A stretch of DNA of 64,000 bases, from the NCBI GenBank assembly GCA_963798085.1, contig CAWCRS010000008.1, positions 59,058 through 123,057 on the forward strand, in the 5' to 3' direction. The translations under genes and the position numbers were made by a program. This DNA is from an uncultured Gemmatimonadales bacterium. GTDB lineage: Bacteria > Gemmatimonadota > Gemmatimonadetes > Longimicrobiales > RSA9. This document shows, piece after piece, positions 39,250 through 49,238 of the stretch. The notes beneath the pieces are model-generated. The model was not told where the DNA came from, made no database searches, and saw nothing but the letters and a program-made list of their open reading frames with translations. Every line of letters begins with the position of its first letter. Position 1 is the stretch's first letter.

Positions 39250-39286
39250 AGAGCGGAAGCCATGTCGTCGCCTGAATCCGTACCCC

Positions 39287-40165
39287 TCAACGCTGCGCTG
39301 CCAGCCGCCTTGCGCGCTCGAGCAGCTGCGTGTCCCCCAGCTCTGCCGCGAATTTCGCGAAATCCGCGCGCGGCCCCCGCCAGCGCAGCGTGTCCACGTC
39401 GGTGCTGACCGGTGCGTCCTCACGCAGCGTGGCGAGTGTGCGGAACAGCAGCACCGTCTCGCGCTGCTCGTTGAGCGTGGCCGCCAGCCGCAGTGCGCCA
39501 CGCACATTCACATCCCAGTCGAGCGCCAGCTGCGGGATCTGCTCGATGTGGTGCCAGCGCGCGAGCACGGTGGCGGCAGAGCGCGGGCCCCAGCCGCTCA
39601 GCCCCGGATAGCCGTCGGCACTGTCACCCACGAGCGCGAGATAGTCGGTGATCGATGCCGGCAGCACGCCGAACTTCGCCTGCACACCGGCCTCATCACG
39701 CAGCTCATTGATGCGACGATCCAGCTGCACGACGCGGCCGTCGCGCACACACTGCGCAAGATCCTTGTCCGGGGTGCAGATCACGACCTGCTCGACGCGT
39801 TCATCGCGCGCCGCCATGGCCGCGCCCGCCGCGAGTGCGTCGTCCGCCTCGAACTCGACCATGGGCCACACCACGAGACCCAGTGCCGCCAGCGTCTCCT
39901 CGAGCGGAAGGAACTGGCCGTACAGCAGCGGATCGATGCCCTCGCCCGTCTTGTAGCCCGGCCAGAGCGCGTTGCGGAACGACTCGATCACGTGATCCGT
40001 GGCCACGGCGAGGTGCGTGGCGCCGCCCTCAATCATGCCCAGGATCGTGGCGACGACGCCGCGCACCGCCCGTCGCGACTCGGGAATCGTCGGGTCGACA
40101 TTGGCCGCCGGCGAATAGAAGTGGCGGAACAGCTCGAACGTGCCATTGATCAGGTGAACGCGCAT
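39287..40165 (-). CDS. 5'-3' exonuclease / flap endonuclease family protein
   Basis: PIN-like N-terminal domain (MRVHLINGTFELFRHFY..EADD) and an H3TH motif (LVGDSADGYPGLSGWGPRSAATVL). Confidence 0.85.
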   Translation of the reverse strand: MRVHLINGTFELFRHFYSPAANVDPTIPESRRAVRGVVATILGMIEGGATHLAVATDHVIESFRNALWPGYKTGEGIDPLLYGQFLPLEETLAALGLVVWPMVEFEADDALAAGAAMAARDERVEQVVICTPDKDLAQCVRDGRVVQLDRRINELRDEAGVQAKFGVLPASITDYLALVGDSADGYPGLSGWGPRSAATVLARWHHIEQIPQLALDWDVNVRGALRLAATLNEQRETVLLFRTLATLREDAPVSTDVDTLRWRGPRADFAKFAAELGDTQLLERARRLAAQR

Positions 40166-40192
40166 GGCGGGAATACTGCTGGAAGAGCGACG

Positions 40193-40460
40193 ACGTTGCT
40201 AGGGCTGGTCGCTCGTGCTGGTGCTGGGAACGGATTGTACTGATAGAACTGCGTTGCTTGGGCTGGTCGCCTGGGCTGGATGCTGGGGAACAACGTGTAG
40301 GCATTGAACTGCGTTGCTGGGGCTGGTTGCCTGGGCTGGATGCTGGGGAACAGCGTGTAGGCATTGAACTGCGGTGCTGGCGCGGGTTGCTGCGGCGGGA
40401 TGCTGCGGAACAGCGTGCATGGATCGAACGCGGTGCTGGCGCCGGAGGCTCAGGAAGGGA
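40193..40460 (+). repeat. tandem array of 60-bp units (two near-identical central units flanked by degenerate ones)
   Basis: Unit 40251-40310: GCGTTGCTTGGGCTGGTCGCCTGGGCTGGATGCTGGGGAACAACGTGTAGGCATTGAACT. It matches unit 40311-40370 at 57 of 60 positions by eye. Degenerate units lie at 40193-40250, 40371-40429 and 40430-40460. Confidence 0.8.
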
Positions 40461-40951
40461 CGGGGGGCGATGTGCGTTCGGTTGGGCGGATCTCGCGCTG
40501 CGTGGAGAGCAGTGGCCTGGTGCGAGCTCTCGCCGTTCTGAGGTGTACAGCGATGAGTCCGCGTGGCGCAGGTCGGTGCGGTGTATTGCGTTGGGTGGCG
40601 AATGGCAGTTGCGCGAGGGCGCGGGTGTGCGACTTTCTCGCTTGTGTGCGATTCACAAGCAACTAACACGGCTGCAGCATGTCGAATGCCGCACCGCGCG
40701 AACGCGTGAGTCGGGGCGATGCCATTCTGGTGCGCAGCGGAACTGCTGGCACCAGGATATCTGCCCGAGCAACGAGCTCGGCCAACAGCGCGAGCAACGG
40801 ATTCGATCTGTCCCGAGCCCGAGCCCCGGACCCGTATTCGGGAATTCTGTTGCCGCAACGCCTCACCAATTACTTTTGTCGTAGTCGGTGCCCCGGGACC
40901 GCGGCCCCTGTTCGGACCGCACGCCTCTACCCAATGAAGCAGGGGGATCAC

Positions 40952-41356
40952 ATGAAACCTCGTTCGCTGGTCCTGTTTGCGTTGTTTGCTGTGCTTGGCT
41001 GCGCCAGCGGTGGCGGGAGCAGCTCGACACAGACTGGCAGTTCCACGCCCCGGCAGCAGCGCACGACGCGCGATGTGATTGCGCAGGCGGAGATCGAGCG
41101 CACGGAAGTGAGCAATGCGCTGGATCTCATTCAGCGGTTGCGGCCGGAGTTTCTGCGGCCGCGTGGTGCGGGCGGGGTGCAATCGGTGCCGGTGGCGATC
41201 TACGTCGACGGCATCAAGCAGAGCAGCGCTTCCGTCCTCTCCTCGGTTCCCAAGAACCTGGTCGTGGAAATTCGCTTCATCAACGCGACGGATGCCACGA
41301 CGCGCTTTGGCTCGGATCATGGCAATGGCGCGGTCCTCGTCACCACGCGGCACTGA
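40952..41356 (+). CDS. small lipoprotein resembling a stand-alone TonB-receptor plug domain
   Basis: ATG at 40952 follows AGGGGGA, with lipobox LFAVLGCAS. NALDLIQRLRPEFLRPRG....VAIYVDGIK......L..V....VVEIRFINATDATTRFG...GNGAVLVTTR resembles a plug pattern. Confidence 0.5.
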   Translation: MKPRSLVLFALFAVLGCASGGGSSSTQTGSSTPRQQRTTRDVIAQAEIERTEVSNALDLIQRLRPEFLRPRGAGGVQSVPVAIYVDGIKQSSASVLSSVPKNLVVEIRFINATDATTRFGSDHGNGAVLVTTRH

Positions 41357-41359
41357 CGC

Positions 41360-42741
41360 ATGACGGCTGCGGCGTCACGCGGTGCGGGAGCGGAGCACAG
41401 ACTCGCGGACGCCGACGTCGTCATCATCGGTTCAGGTCCGGGTGGTTCGACACTGGCGCGCGAGCTGGCGCGCGCGGGCCGGCGGGTCGTGCTGCTGGAG
41501 CGTGGCCGCGACTGGCGAGGTCATCCGCTCTACGGCACGTACGCGGGTGCGCTGCTCTACGCGGACCGTCGTGCGCTGCTGTTCACACGCGAGGGCCTGA
41601 ACATCATTCGCCCGCTCATGCTGGGCGGCGCGACCAGCATGTACTGCGGCTGCTCGTCGCCGCCACCCGCATGGTGGCGCGAGCGTCATGGGCATCGACC
41701 TCGACGACGGACGCGGCGCGGACTGTCGCCGAGCTGGGCGATCGCGCCACTGCCGGCGGAACTGCGCGGTGCAGCGTCGACGCGTCTGGCGGAAGCGGGG
41801 ATGGCGCTGGGCATGCCGTGGATGCCGCAGGAGAAGTTCATTTTTCCCGCGCGCGCCGCACTTCGCATGTGGTGCGCAGTGCATGCTGGGCTGCCGCTGC
41901 GGTGCCAAGTGGAATGCGGCGGAGTTCGCGGACCAGGCCGTCAGCGGCGGGGTGCCGCGTGATCCCGCGGGCGCGCGTAGAGCGCATGCTGATTGAAGGA
42001 TGGTGCGCGGCGGGCGTTGCGGGCCGATGCGGGCGGGTGCCGTTCAGCTGCGGGCGGACACGGTGATCTGCGCGGCCGGCGGTATCGGGCAGCGCGCGAC
42101 TGCTGAGTCGCAGTGGTTTCGAAGGCGCAGGGCAGGGCATGGCCATGGACACCACGGCCATGGTGTACGGCCTTGCGCCGTTCCGCGGCAACGGCACGGA
42201 TCCGCCCATGACATGGAGCGCGGCCGACGATGAGCTGGGTGTGCTCTACTCGACGCTGATCGATCCCTGGCTCATGTACCCGATCATCACTGATGACGCA
42301 AGGGGCCAGCGTATTCACTCACGTGGCACCGCTGGGGCCGGACATCGGGCATCATGATCAAGCTCAAGGACGAGATCAGCGGCTGATCGATGAACGCGCG
42401 GCATCAGCAAGGGACTGACCGTTCGCGGACGCGGAGCGCCTGACGCGGGCGGAGGAGGCGGCGCGCCGGATCCTTCTGCCGCGCCGGCTGCGCTCCCTAA
42501 CACCATATTCAGGACCCCACTTCGTGGTACACACCCTTCCGCGACCGTACGCATCGGTGAACTGGTGAACAGCGAGCTGGAGACCGGCGTGCGCAGCCTT
42601 TACGTGTGCGACGCCAGCGTGTTCCCCGAGGCGCTGGCGCGGCCGACGGTGCTCACCATCATGGCGCTCGCCCGCCGGCTGGCGCGCTCACTCGCAACCG
42701 CGGCGGGTGCGGGTGCATCCAAGGGAGTGCACACGACGTAG
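41360..42741 (+). pseudogene. GMC-family FAD oxidoreductase with about a dozen frame changes
   Basis: Recognisable pieces are spread over all three forward frames, in order: DVVIIGSGPGGSTLARELARAGRRVVLLERG; GIDLDD; IAPLPAELRGAASTRLAEAGMALGMPWMPQEKFI; CGAQCMLGCRCGAKWNAAEFADQAV; VERMLIEG..AAGVAGR; QLRADTVICAAGGIG; ARLLSRSGFEGAGQGMAMD; GIMIKLKDEISG; ISKGLT; ADAERLTRAEEAARRIL; THPSATVRIGELVNSELETGVRSLYVCDASVFPEALARPTVLTIMALARRLA. Confidence 0.75.
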
Positions 42742-43144
42742 CTTGGGGGACCTGCCGGAATGAACCGGGCGCACCGGCCGGTTCGCCCGCGCGGGTTGAT
42801 CGCCGACGTCAAGAGCGGCGTAATGGTCCGGCCGGAGCGCCAGCCGCCGAGGGCAATGCAGCGCCTTGCAATTGCAAGGCTTCGGCAGCGCGTCCCGCCG
42901 CGGCAGCGCCGTCCTTGCTGTCGGTCAAGGATGCCACGGTCCACTGGCCGTGGTCCTCGCCGCTCCCTATTCCGCAAATGTACTGTTTGGTGTTCAGGCC
43001 AGGCGTGGCACCTGTTCCGATCGTTGCGGTGCTACGGTGCGGGGAAACCGGCCGGTCTGCCGGCCGCAGCCGTCTCATGCTGGAACGGGCGCGGTGGTTC
43101 TGCCCATCGGGCGTGCGCTCGCAATGCACCCAAGCGGGGGAATC

Positions 43145-45569
43145 ATGCTGCCTCTCGACGTGCGTTATGCGCTTCGCCTGCTGCGCAAGCGGCCCCTCTT
43201 CTCCTTCGCCGTCGTGCTCACGATCGCGCTGGGCATTGCATCCAGCACGGCGATCTTCAGTCTCGTGGACGGCGTGCTGCTGCGGCCGCTGCCCTATCGT
43301 GATCCCGGCAGCCTGGTCTTCGTGTGGGAGCGCGACTTCCCGCGCGACCGCGATCGCAATGTGGTGTCCCCGGCGAACTACCTGACGTGGCGCGAGCAGC
43401 AGGGACTGTTCACGGGTATCGCCGCACTGGCAGGAACGAGCGGCACCATCACCGGGCAATGGCGACCCCGAGCGGGTCGGTGTGGTGCTCGCCTCGCCGG
43501 CGTTCTTCCAGCTGGTGGGCGTGCAGACTGTGACCGGGCGCGCCTACGCAGAAGCGGAGGACGCCGCCGGTGTGGCGCCGACGGCCATGCTGAGCTGGGA
43601 ATTCTGGCAGCGGCGTTTCGGCGGCGATCCTGCCATCGTCGGCAGCACCATCACGCTCAATGACCGGTCGCGCACCATTGTGGGTGTGCTGCCGCGCGGC
43701 TTCCACTTCACGCTGTCCTTCGTGGTGGGCAGCACGCTGGCGCAGGATGTGTGGATTCCGCCGCAGTTCAGTCCCGCGGCGCGCACCGCGAGCGGCCGCT
43801 ACCTGCAGGTGCTGGCGCGGCTGGCACCGGGCGTCTCGCGGGATGCCGCGCAACTGCGCATGGCGGCGCTGGCGAAGCAGCTGGAGCAGCAGTTCCCCAG
43901 TCGGCAGGCGGGCTGGGGCGTCAACATCGTGCCCCTGCAGGAGCAGACCGTAGGCGATGTGCGGCGCGCGCTCCTCATCATTTTCGGCGCGGTGGGCTTC
44001 GTGCTGCTCATTGCCTGCGCCAATGTTGCTAACCTGCTGCTATCGCGCGCGGCGGAGCGGCATCAGGAGGTGGCGGTGCGGGCGGCGCTGGGCGCGGGCC
44101 GCGGGCGAATTGCCCTGCAGCTCATGACAGAGAGCCTGGTGCTGGCGGCGACGGGCGGGCTGCTGGGCGTGGGTCTGGCCGCCTGGGCGGTGCGCGTGCT
44201 CAAGCTCATGGGTCCATCGATTCCTCGGCTGGACACGGTGAGTCTGAACAGCGGCGTACTGGCGTTCGCCGCGGTGACCACACTGCTGGCGGGCGCGCTG
44301 TTCGGCATGGCGCCCGTCCTGCACGTGATACGCTCGGATCTGGCAGGCTGGCTGAAAGGCCGACTGGGAATGGGCGGCTCGCGGGAATCGCGGCGCACCC
44401 GCAGCGCGCTGGTGGTGGCGGAGATCGCGCTTTCGCTGGTGCTGCTGATCGGCGCGGGTCTGCTCATTCGCAGCCTGCTGCGCCTGATCGATACGGGCGT
44501 GGGCTTCGACACGGGACACCTGCTGACGGCGCAGATCGAGCTGCCGTCCGCGCGCTACCCGCAGGATGCCGATCATGTGCGGTTCTTCGACGACCTGATC
44601 ACTCGGGTGCGTGCGCAGCCGGGCGTGCAGTCGGCGAGCGCCATCACATTTGCGCCGCTCGGGGGGTCGGGTTCGGCGACCAGTTTCTGGGCGAACGACC
44701 GCGCCATCCCGGAGCCGGGGCGGTTCCCCGTGGCGGACGTACGCTGGGTGCACCGTGACTATCATCGTGTTATGGGCATTCCCCTGGTGACCGGGCGCTA
44801 CTTCGATGCGAGCGATCGCGCCGGCACACCCTACCACATTCTGGTGAGTCAGGCGACCGTGGCGGAGCTGTGGCCGGGGCAGAATCCGCTGGGCAAGATC
44901 ATCTCCATGCCGTGGGGCGATACGCTGGTGGCGGAAGTCGTGGGTGTGGTGCAGGACGTGCGCACGGAAGGGCCGGCCACCGCGCCACGCTCCATGCTCT
45001 ACTGGAACTACGAGCAGTTCCAGTCATTTCCCTTCATGACCGTGCTGGTGCGCACCGCAGGCGACCCGCTGGCGTTCACGTCCACGCTGCGCAGTGCCGT
45101 GCACGCGATCGACCCGCAACTGCCGGTCTTCGACGTGAAGACAATGGACGCACGCTTCTCCGATGCGCTCACACGCGCACGCTTCGGGGCATCGGCACTG
45201 GCCTCTTTCGCCGTGATCGCGCTGCTGCTGGCGTGCGTGGGCATCTACGGCGTGATGTCCTACATCACGGGGCAGCGCACGCAGGAGTTCGGGGTGCGCA
45301 TGGCCATGGGCGCGACGACGCGGGAGGTGGTGGGCCTGGTGCTGGGCGAGGGCGCGCGGCTGGTGGCGCTGGCGCTGGGAATCGGAATGGCGGCCGCGCT
45401 GCTGCTGGCGCGGTTGCTTCGTACCCTGGTGTTCGAGGTGGGGACAACCGATCCGGTGACGTTCGGCATCATGAGCGCGTTGCTGGCGGTGACCGCGCTG
45501 GCCGCGTGCTGGCTGCCGGCGCGCCGGGCCGCGCGCGTGGACCCGGTCCGGGCGATGCGCATGGACTGA
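43145..45569 (+). CDS. duplicated FtsX/MacB-type orphan permease (ADOP-like); split by an apparent frameshift near 43457
   Basis: ATG at 43145 follows GGGGGAA (MLPLDVRYALRLLRKRPLFSFAVVLTIALGIASS). Junction: ..ALAGTSGTITG | NGDPERVGVVLASPAFFQLVGV at a GGG run. Two FtsX 4-TM modules. C-terminus LPARRAARVDPVRAMRMD. Confidence 0.85.
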
Positions 45570-46623
45570 CGGACCGTCTTGGCGTTCTTGGCTTTGGCGC
45601 AAGTCGCTATGGGTGCGCCCGGATCACGCACGCAGATTGTGCGCCATGTCACGGCAGAAGCGCTTCTACCTCGCAGGCGCGTCGTTCCACGTGACGGCGC
45701 GCACGTTGAACCACGAACCGTGGTTCGACGAGACGCTGCGCGATCGCGTGGTAGCCATCCTTGCGGAGTGCTTCTCACGCTCCGACGCAAAACTGATCGC
45801 GTACGTCGTCATGCCGAACCATTTTCACCTGGTCGTGCGCCAGCAGAGGCTTCCGCTGGGTCACATCATGCAGCGCGTGTGTCGCAGTGTTGCGCTGGCT
45901 GTGAACCACGCGCGCGAGCGCGAGGGATATGTCTTCGAGCGGCGTTATCGGGCCAAAGCCTGTCTGGACCCGGACTATCTGCGCGACGCTATCAGCTACG
46001 TTCACCTGAATCCCAGACGAGCCGGTCTCTGCACGGAGCTGCACCAGTACCAATGGAGTTCGCATCCCGAGTATGCACAGTGCGCCCCTAACAGGCTCTC
46101 AGCCCTTGTCCGGCCGCATCTCACCACGGCGCTGGAGCTGTACTCACCGCGCGGTCCCCTGGATGCGTCGCGCCAGATTCTGGCCTATCTGGCCTACCTG
46201 GCATGGCAGGAAAGTCGCCACCAGGAATCCGATGACAGGCCACCGCCGCCGCGCCCGCGGTGTGCGTACGGCGATCACTACTGGAGGACGAACTTCACCA
46301 CGCTCACGCTCCCGCTGAATCCCAAGCCCGATCTGCGCGACATCGTGTTGCGTGTTCTCCAGGAAGAAACGCCTGGCGTGAACCTGAACATTCTGCGTTT
46401 GCGACGAGGCGGAACAGCGATGGTTCGAGTCCGCCACCGAGCCATCGAGCGCGCATATCTCGCAGGCTATCGCGGTGTCGATGTTGCGCGCTTTCTCAAC
46501 ATATCCGAGACCACGGTCTCGAAGGTGTGCACGAGCCTCGTTGCCAGCGGGGTCAATGCCCTGGCGGGTCGCGAGCCCGGCATGGGAGGATGGCGCACAA
46601 CCCAAGAACGCCAAGACGGTCCG
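45570..46623 (+). mobile_element. Y1-transposase (RAYT/IS200-like) unit bounded by a perfect 22-bp inverted repeat
   Basis: CGGACCGTCTTGGCGTTCTTGG at 45570-45591 begins at the base after the upstream permease stop. Its exact reverse complement, CCAAGAACGCCAAGACGGTCCG, is at 46602-46623, with weaker similarity about 12 nt further inward. Confidence 0.6.
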
Positions 46624-46662
46624 AAGCTGCAACCCTTCGCCCAACCCCTCCGTATGGTCTGA
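45646..46662 (+). CDS. HUH/Y1 tyrosine transposase-like protein (IS200/RAYT family) with a C-terminal HTH region
   Basis: HUH motif VVMPNHFHLVV. Catalytic-Tyr region AISYVHLNPRRAG. The C-terminal part (RHRAIERAYLAGYRGVDVARFLNISETTVSKV) looks like a DnaA-C/HTH module. ATG at 45646; the GTG at 45613 is an alternative start. Confidence 0.8.
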   Translation: MSRQKRFYLAGASFHVTARTLNHEPWFDETLRDRVVAILAECFSRSDAKLIAYVVMPNHFHLVVRQQRLPLGHIMQRVCRSVALAVNHAREREGYVFERRYRAKACLDPDYLRDAISYVHLNPRRAGLCTELHQYQWSSHPEYAQCAPNRLSALVRPHLTTALELYSPRGPLDASRQILAYLAYLAWQESRHQESDDRPPPPRPRCAYGDHYWRTNFTTLTLPLNPKPDLRDIVLRVLQEETPGVNLNILRLRRGGTAMVRVRHRAIERAYLAGYRGVDVARFLNISETTVSKVCTSLVASGVNALAGREPGMGGWRTTQERQDGPKLQPFAQPLRMV

Positions 46663-46722
46663 CTGCTCGCGGGAACGCTCGCCCGCCGACACACGGGTTG
46701 GTCACACTGCACGGGAGGACCG

Positions 46723-49136
46723 ATGTCGAGGCTCATCCAGGATGCCAGGTACGGGTTCCGCATGCTGATCCGGACGCCTGTGGTCTCCGGGGTCGCCGTG
46801 GTATCCCTGGCTCTGGGCATTGCCGCCGCCACGGCCATGTTCTCCCTGGCCAGCGCCTTCTTCCTCGAGCCCCTGCCTTTCGGCGATCAGAACGGGATGG
46901 TCCTCATCCGCCAGGCGCACCCGGGCGACGGTCAGGACCAAGCCACCGGCCTGTCCATGCCCAACATGCGGGATCTGGAACAGGCATCGTCGGCATTCAC
47001 CGGGCTCACCACCTTCACCACTGATAACACCAATGTTACCGGGCTGGATCAGCCCGAGCAGATCCAGGTGATGAGCGCCACGCCCAACTTCTACGATGTG
47101 CTGCACATCCAGCCGTGGATCGGCCGCGGCTTCCGGAAGGACGAAGGCGTCGAAGGTAGCGGGCGCGTACTGGTTCTCTGCACGCCTGGTGGAAGCGCCG
47201 TTTCCTTTCCGACCCGGGTGCAGTGGGCCGCACGCTCAATCTGGACGGGCAGCCCTACACGATCATCGGCGTCATGCCCGAGACCTTCGAGATGGTGCCG
47301 GCCGACGTGCAGGCGTTCCGGCCCACCAATTTCGCGGCCGACCAGGACCGCGCCACGCACAATTACATGGTGCTCGGGCGCCTTCGTCCGGGCGCCACAC
47401 TCACGCAGGCGAATGCAGAGGTGAGCAGCGCCTTCCGCCGGCTGGCAGCGGAGTTCCCCGATGCGAACAGCAACTGGACCGTGCTGGTGCAGCCGGCCCG
47501 TTCCTTCTTCCCCGGCCCGACGGACACCAGGCTCGTCCTGCTGCTGCTGGTAGTGGCGCTCTTCGGCGTCGCCATTGCCTGCGCCAATGTCGCTAACCTG
47601 ATGTTGGCGCGCGCCGAGCTGCGCCTGAAGGAAATGGCCGTGCGCACGGCGCTGGGCGCGCGCCGCGGGCGCCTGCTCGCACAGCTGCTGACCGAGAGCG
47701 TGCTGCTGTCACTCATGGCCGGCGCGCTGGGTACCGTCTTCGCCACCTATGCGATCCGCGGCCTGCGCGCGTCCATGCCACCCGTGCTGCCACACTCGTT
47801 CTGGCCCAGGCTCGACATACCGACAATGCTGGCGACGACGCTCGTCGCCATGCTCACCGGAATCCTGTTCGGACTGGCGCCCGCACTGCACGCCACCAGG
47901 AGCGGATTGCGCGAAGCCATGGGCGACAACAGTCGGGGCGGCACCGCGAGCCGCAACCGGAAGCGCATCCGCAATGCCTTCGTCATCGGCGAGATCGCCA
48001 TTGCGCTCGGACTGCTCACGGGCGCGGGATTCCTCATGAAGGCCATGGACACGGTCATCAACGCGGATCCGGGCTTCAATCCGCACGGGCTGCTGACATT
48101 GCAGATGACGTTGCCCGAGTACCGCTACCGCAACGATTCGGAACTGGGCCGCTTCCAGGACGAGGCCGTCCGCCGGCTGACCGGGATTCCGGGCGTGAGC
48201 GGCGTCGCCCTGATGAGTATGCTGCCGCGCAGCATGTCGAACTCGAGGACGACGTTCCACATAGCGGGCACACCCGTTGTCGAGGCCAACAAGCTGCCCG
48301 GCTCCTACTGGGAAACGGTCAACCCGGACTTCTTCCCCACACTCGGCATCCCCTTGGAGGCCGGGCGCCTCTTCAACGCATCGGACCGCGCGGACTCGAG
48401 GCCCGTGATCGTCGTGAGCCGGGGATTCGCCAACCGCTGGCTCACGGGCGGTCCGGCGCTCGGGCAGCGCATCGAGGTCTTCGGCGTGGAGCGGGAAGTG
48501 GTGGGCATCGTCGGCGACATCATGCAGACGCGCGTTCCGCTGGGGCCGGAAGACAAGACGGCGATCTACATCGCGGCTGCGCAGCGGCCACCGCGTAATC
48601 CCGCGTTTGCCCTGCGCGTGAGCGGCGATCCAGCGACGCTCGCGGCCCAGGTGCGAAGCGCCATCGCGCAGATCGATCCGGACGAGCCGGTCGCCGATAT
48701 CCGTACGCTGGACGACCACATCAGCGAAGCGCTGGGCGGGCCACGCGCCATCGGCGTCTTCGTCCTCGCGCTCGGCACCCTTGCCATGGTGCTCGCCGCC
48801 ATCGGCATTTACGGCGTCATGGCGCACAGTGTGGTGCAGGCGAAGCGTGAGATCGGCATTCGCGTGGCTCTGGGCGCCAGACAGGGTCAGGTCGTGGGCA
48901 TGGTTGCGCGGCGGGGCATGGTGCTGGCTGGCGTGGGCCTGCTGCTGGGACTGCCCATCGCGATTCTCGTACATCGCGCCGTGGTCAGCTCACTGAACAT
49001 CTTCGCCATCAATCTGTCGCCCGCCTATGCGCTGATCATGGCCGGAATGCTCGTGACAGTTGCGGTTTTCGCGAGCTGGCTGCCGGCGCGCCGCGCCGCA
49101 CGCATCCAGCCTGTGCAGGCACTGCAGGCCGAATAG
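46723..49136 (+). CDS. duplicated FtsX/MacB-type orphan permease (ADOP-like); split by an apparent frameshift near 47178
   Basis: ATG at 46723 follows GGGAGGA (MSRLIQDARYGFRMLIRTPVVSGVAVVSLALGIAAA). Junction: ..EGSGRVLVL | LHAWWKRRFLSDPGAVGRTLNLDGQPYTIIGVMP. C-terminus LPARRAARIQPVQALQAE. Confidence 0.85.
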
Positions 49137-49238
49137 CCACGCATTGCGGTCACATTGCAGCGCCGCCGCGCGTTGCCAGAGGGCGTACCGGAGATGCCGG
49201 CGCGCCCTCCTCCTTCTACAGTCAAGGAGCGCGGCCTC

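Noticed and set aside
40193-40460. Possible CRISPR array, because of the regularly spaced repeats.
   Set aside because: The units are contiguous 60-bp tandem copies with no unique spacers between them. No cas genes or leader are nearby, and the repeat length and organisation do not fit CRISPR.
40199-41353. The 384-aa minus-strand ORF containing repeated peptide units (AVPQHPAQATSPSNAVQCLH) as a repeat protein.
   Set aside because: The peptide repeats are simply the translation of the 60-bp DNA array. The rest of the ORF runs antisense to the plug-like lipoprotein gene and has a noise-like Arg/Ala/Pro composition. There is no RBS or plausible start context.
46422-46432. GGTTCGAGTCC, the classic tRNA T-loop consensus, which suggested a hidden tRNA or tRNA fragment (a possible integration site).
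   Set aside because: The flanking bases do not form a T-stem (GATGG versus CCGCC has mismatches). I found no acceptor, D or anticodon arms. The motif lies in frame inside the well-supported transposase-like ORF (..GTAMVRVRHR..).
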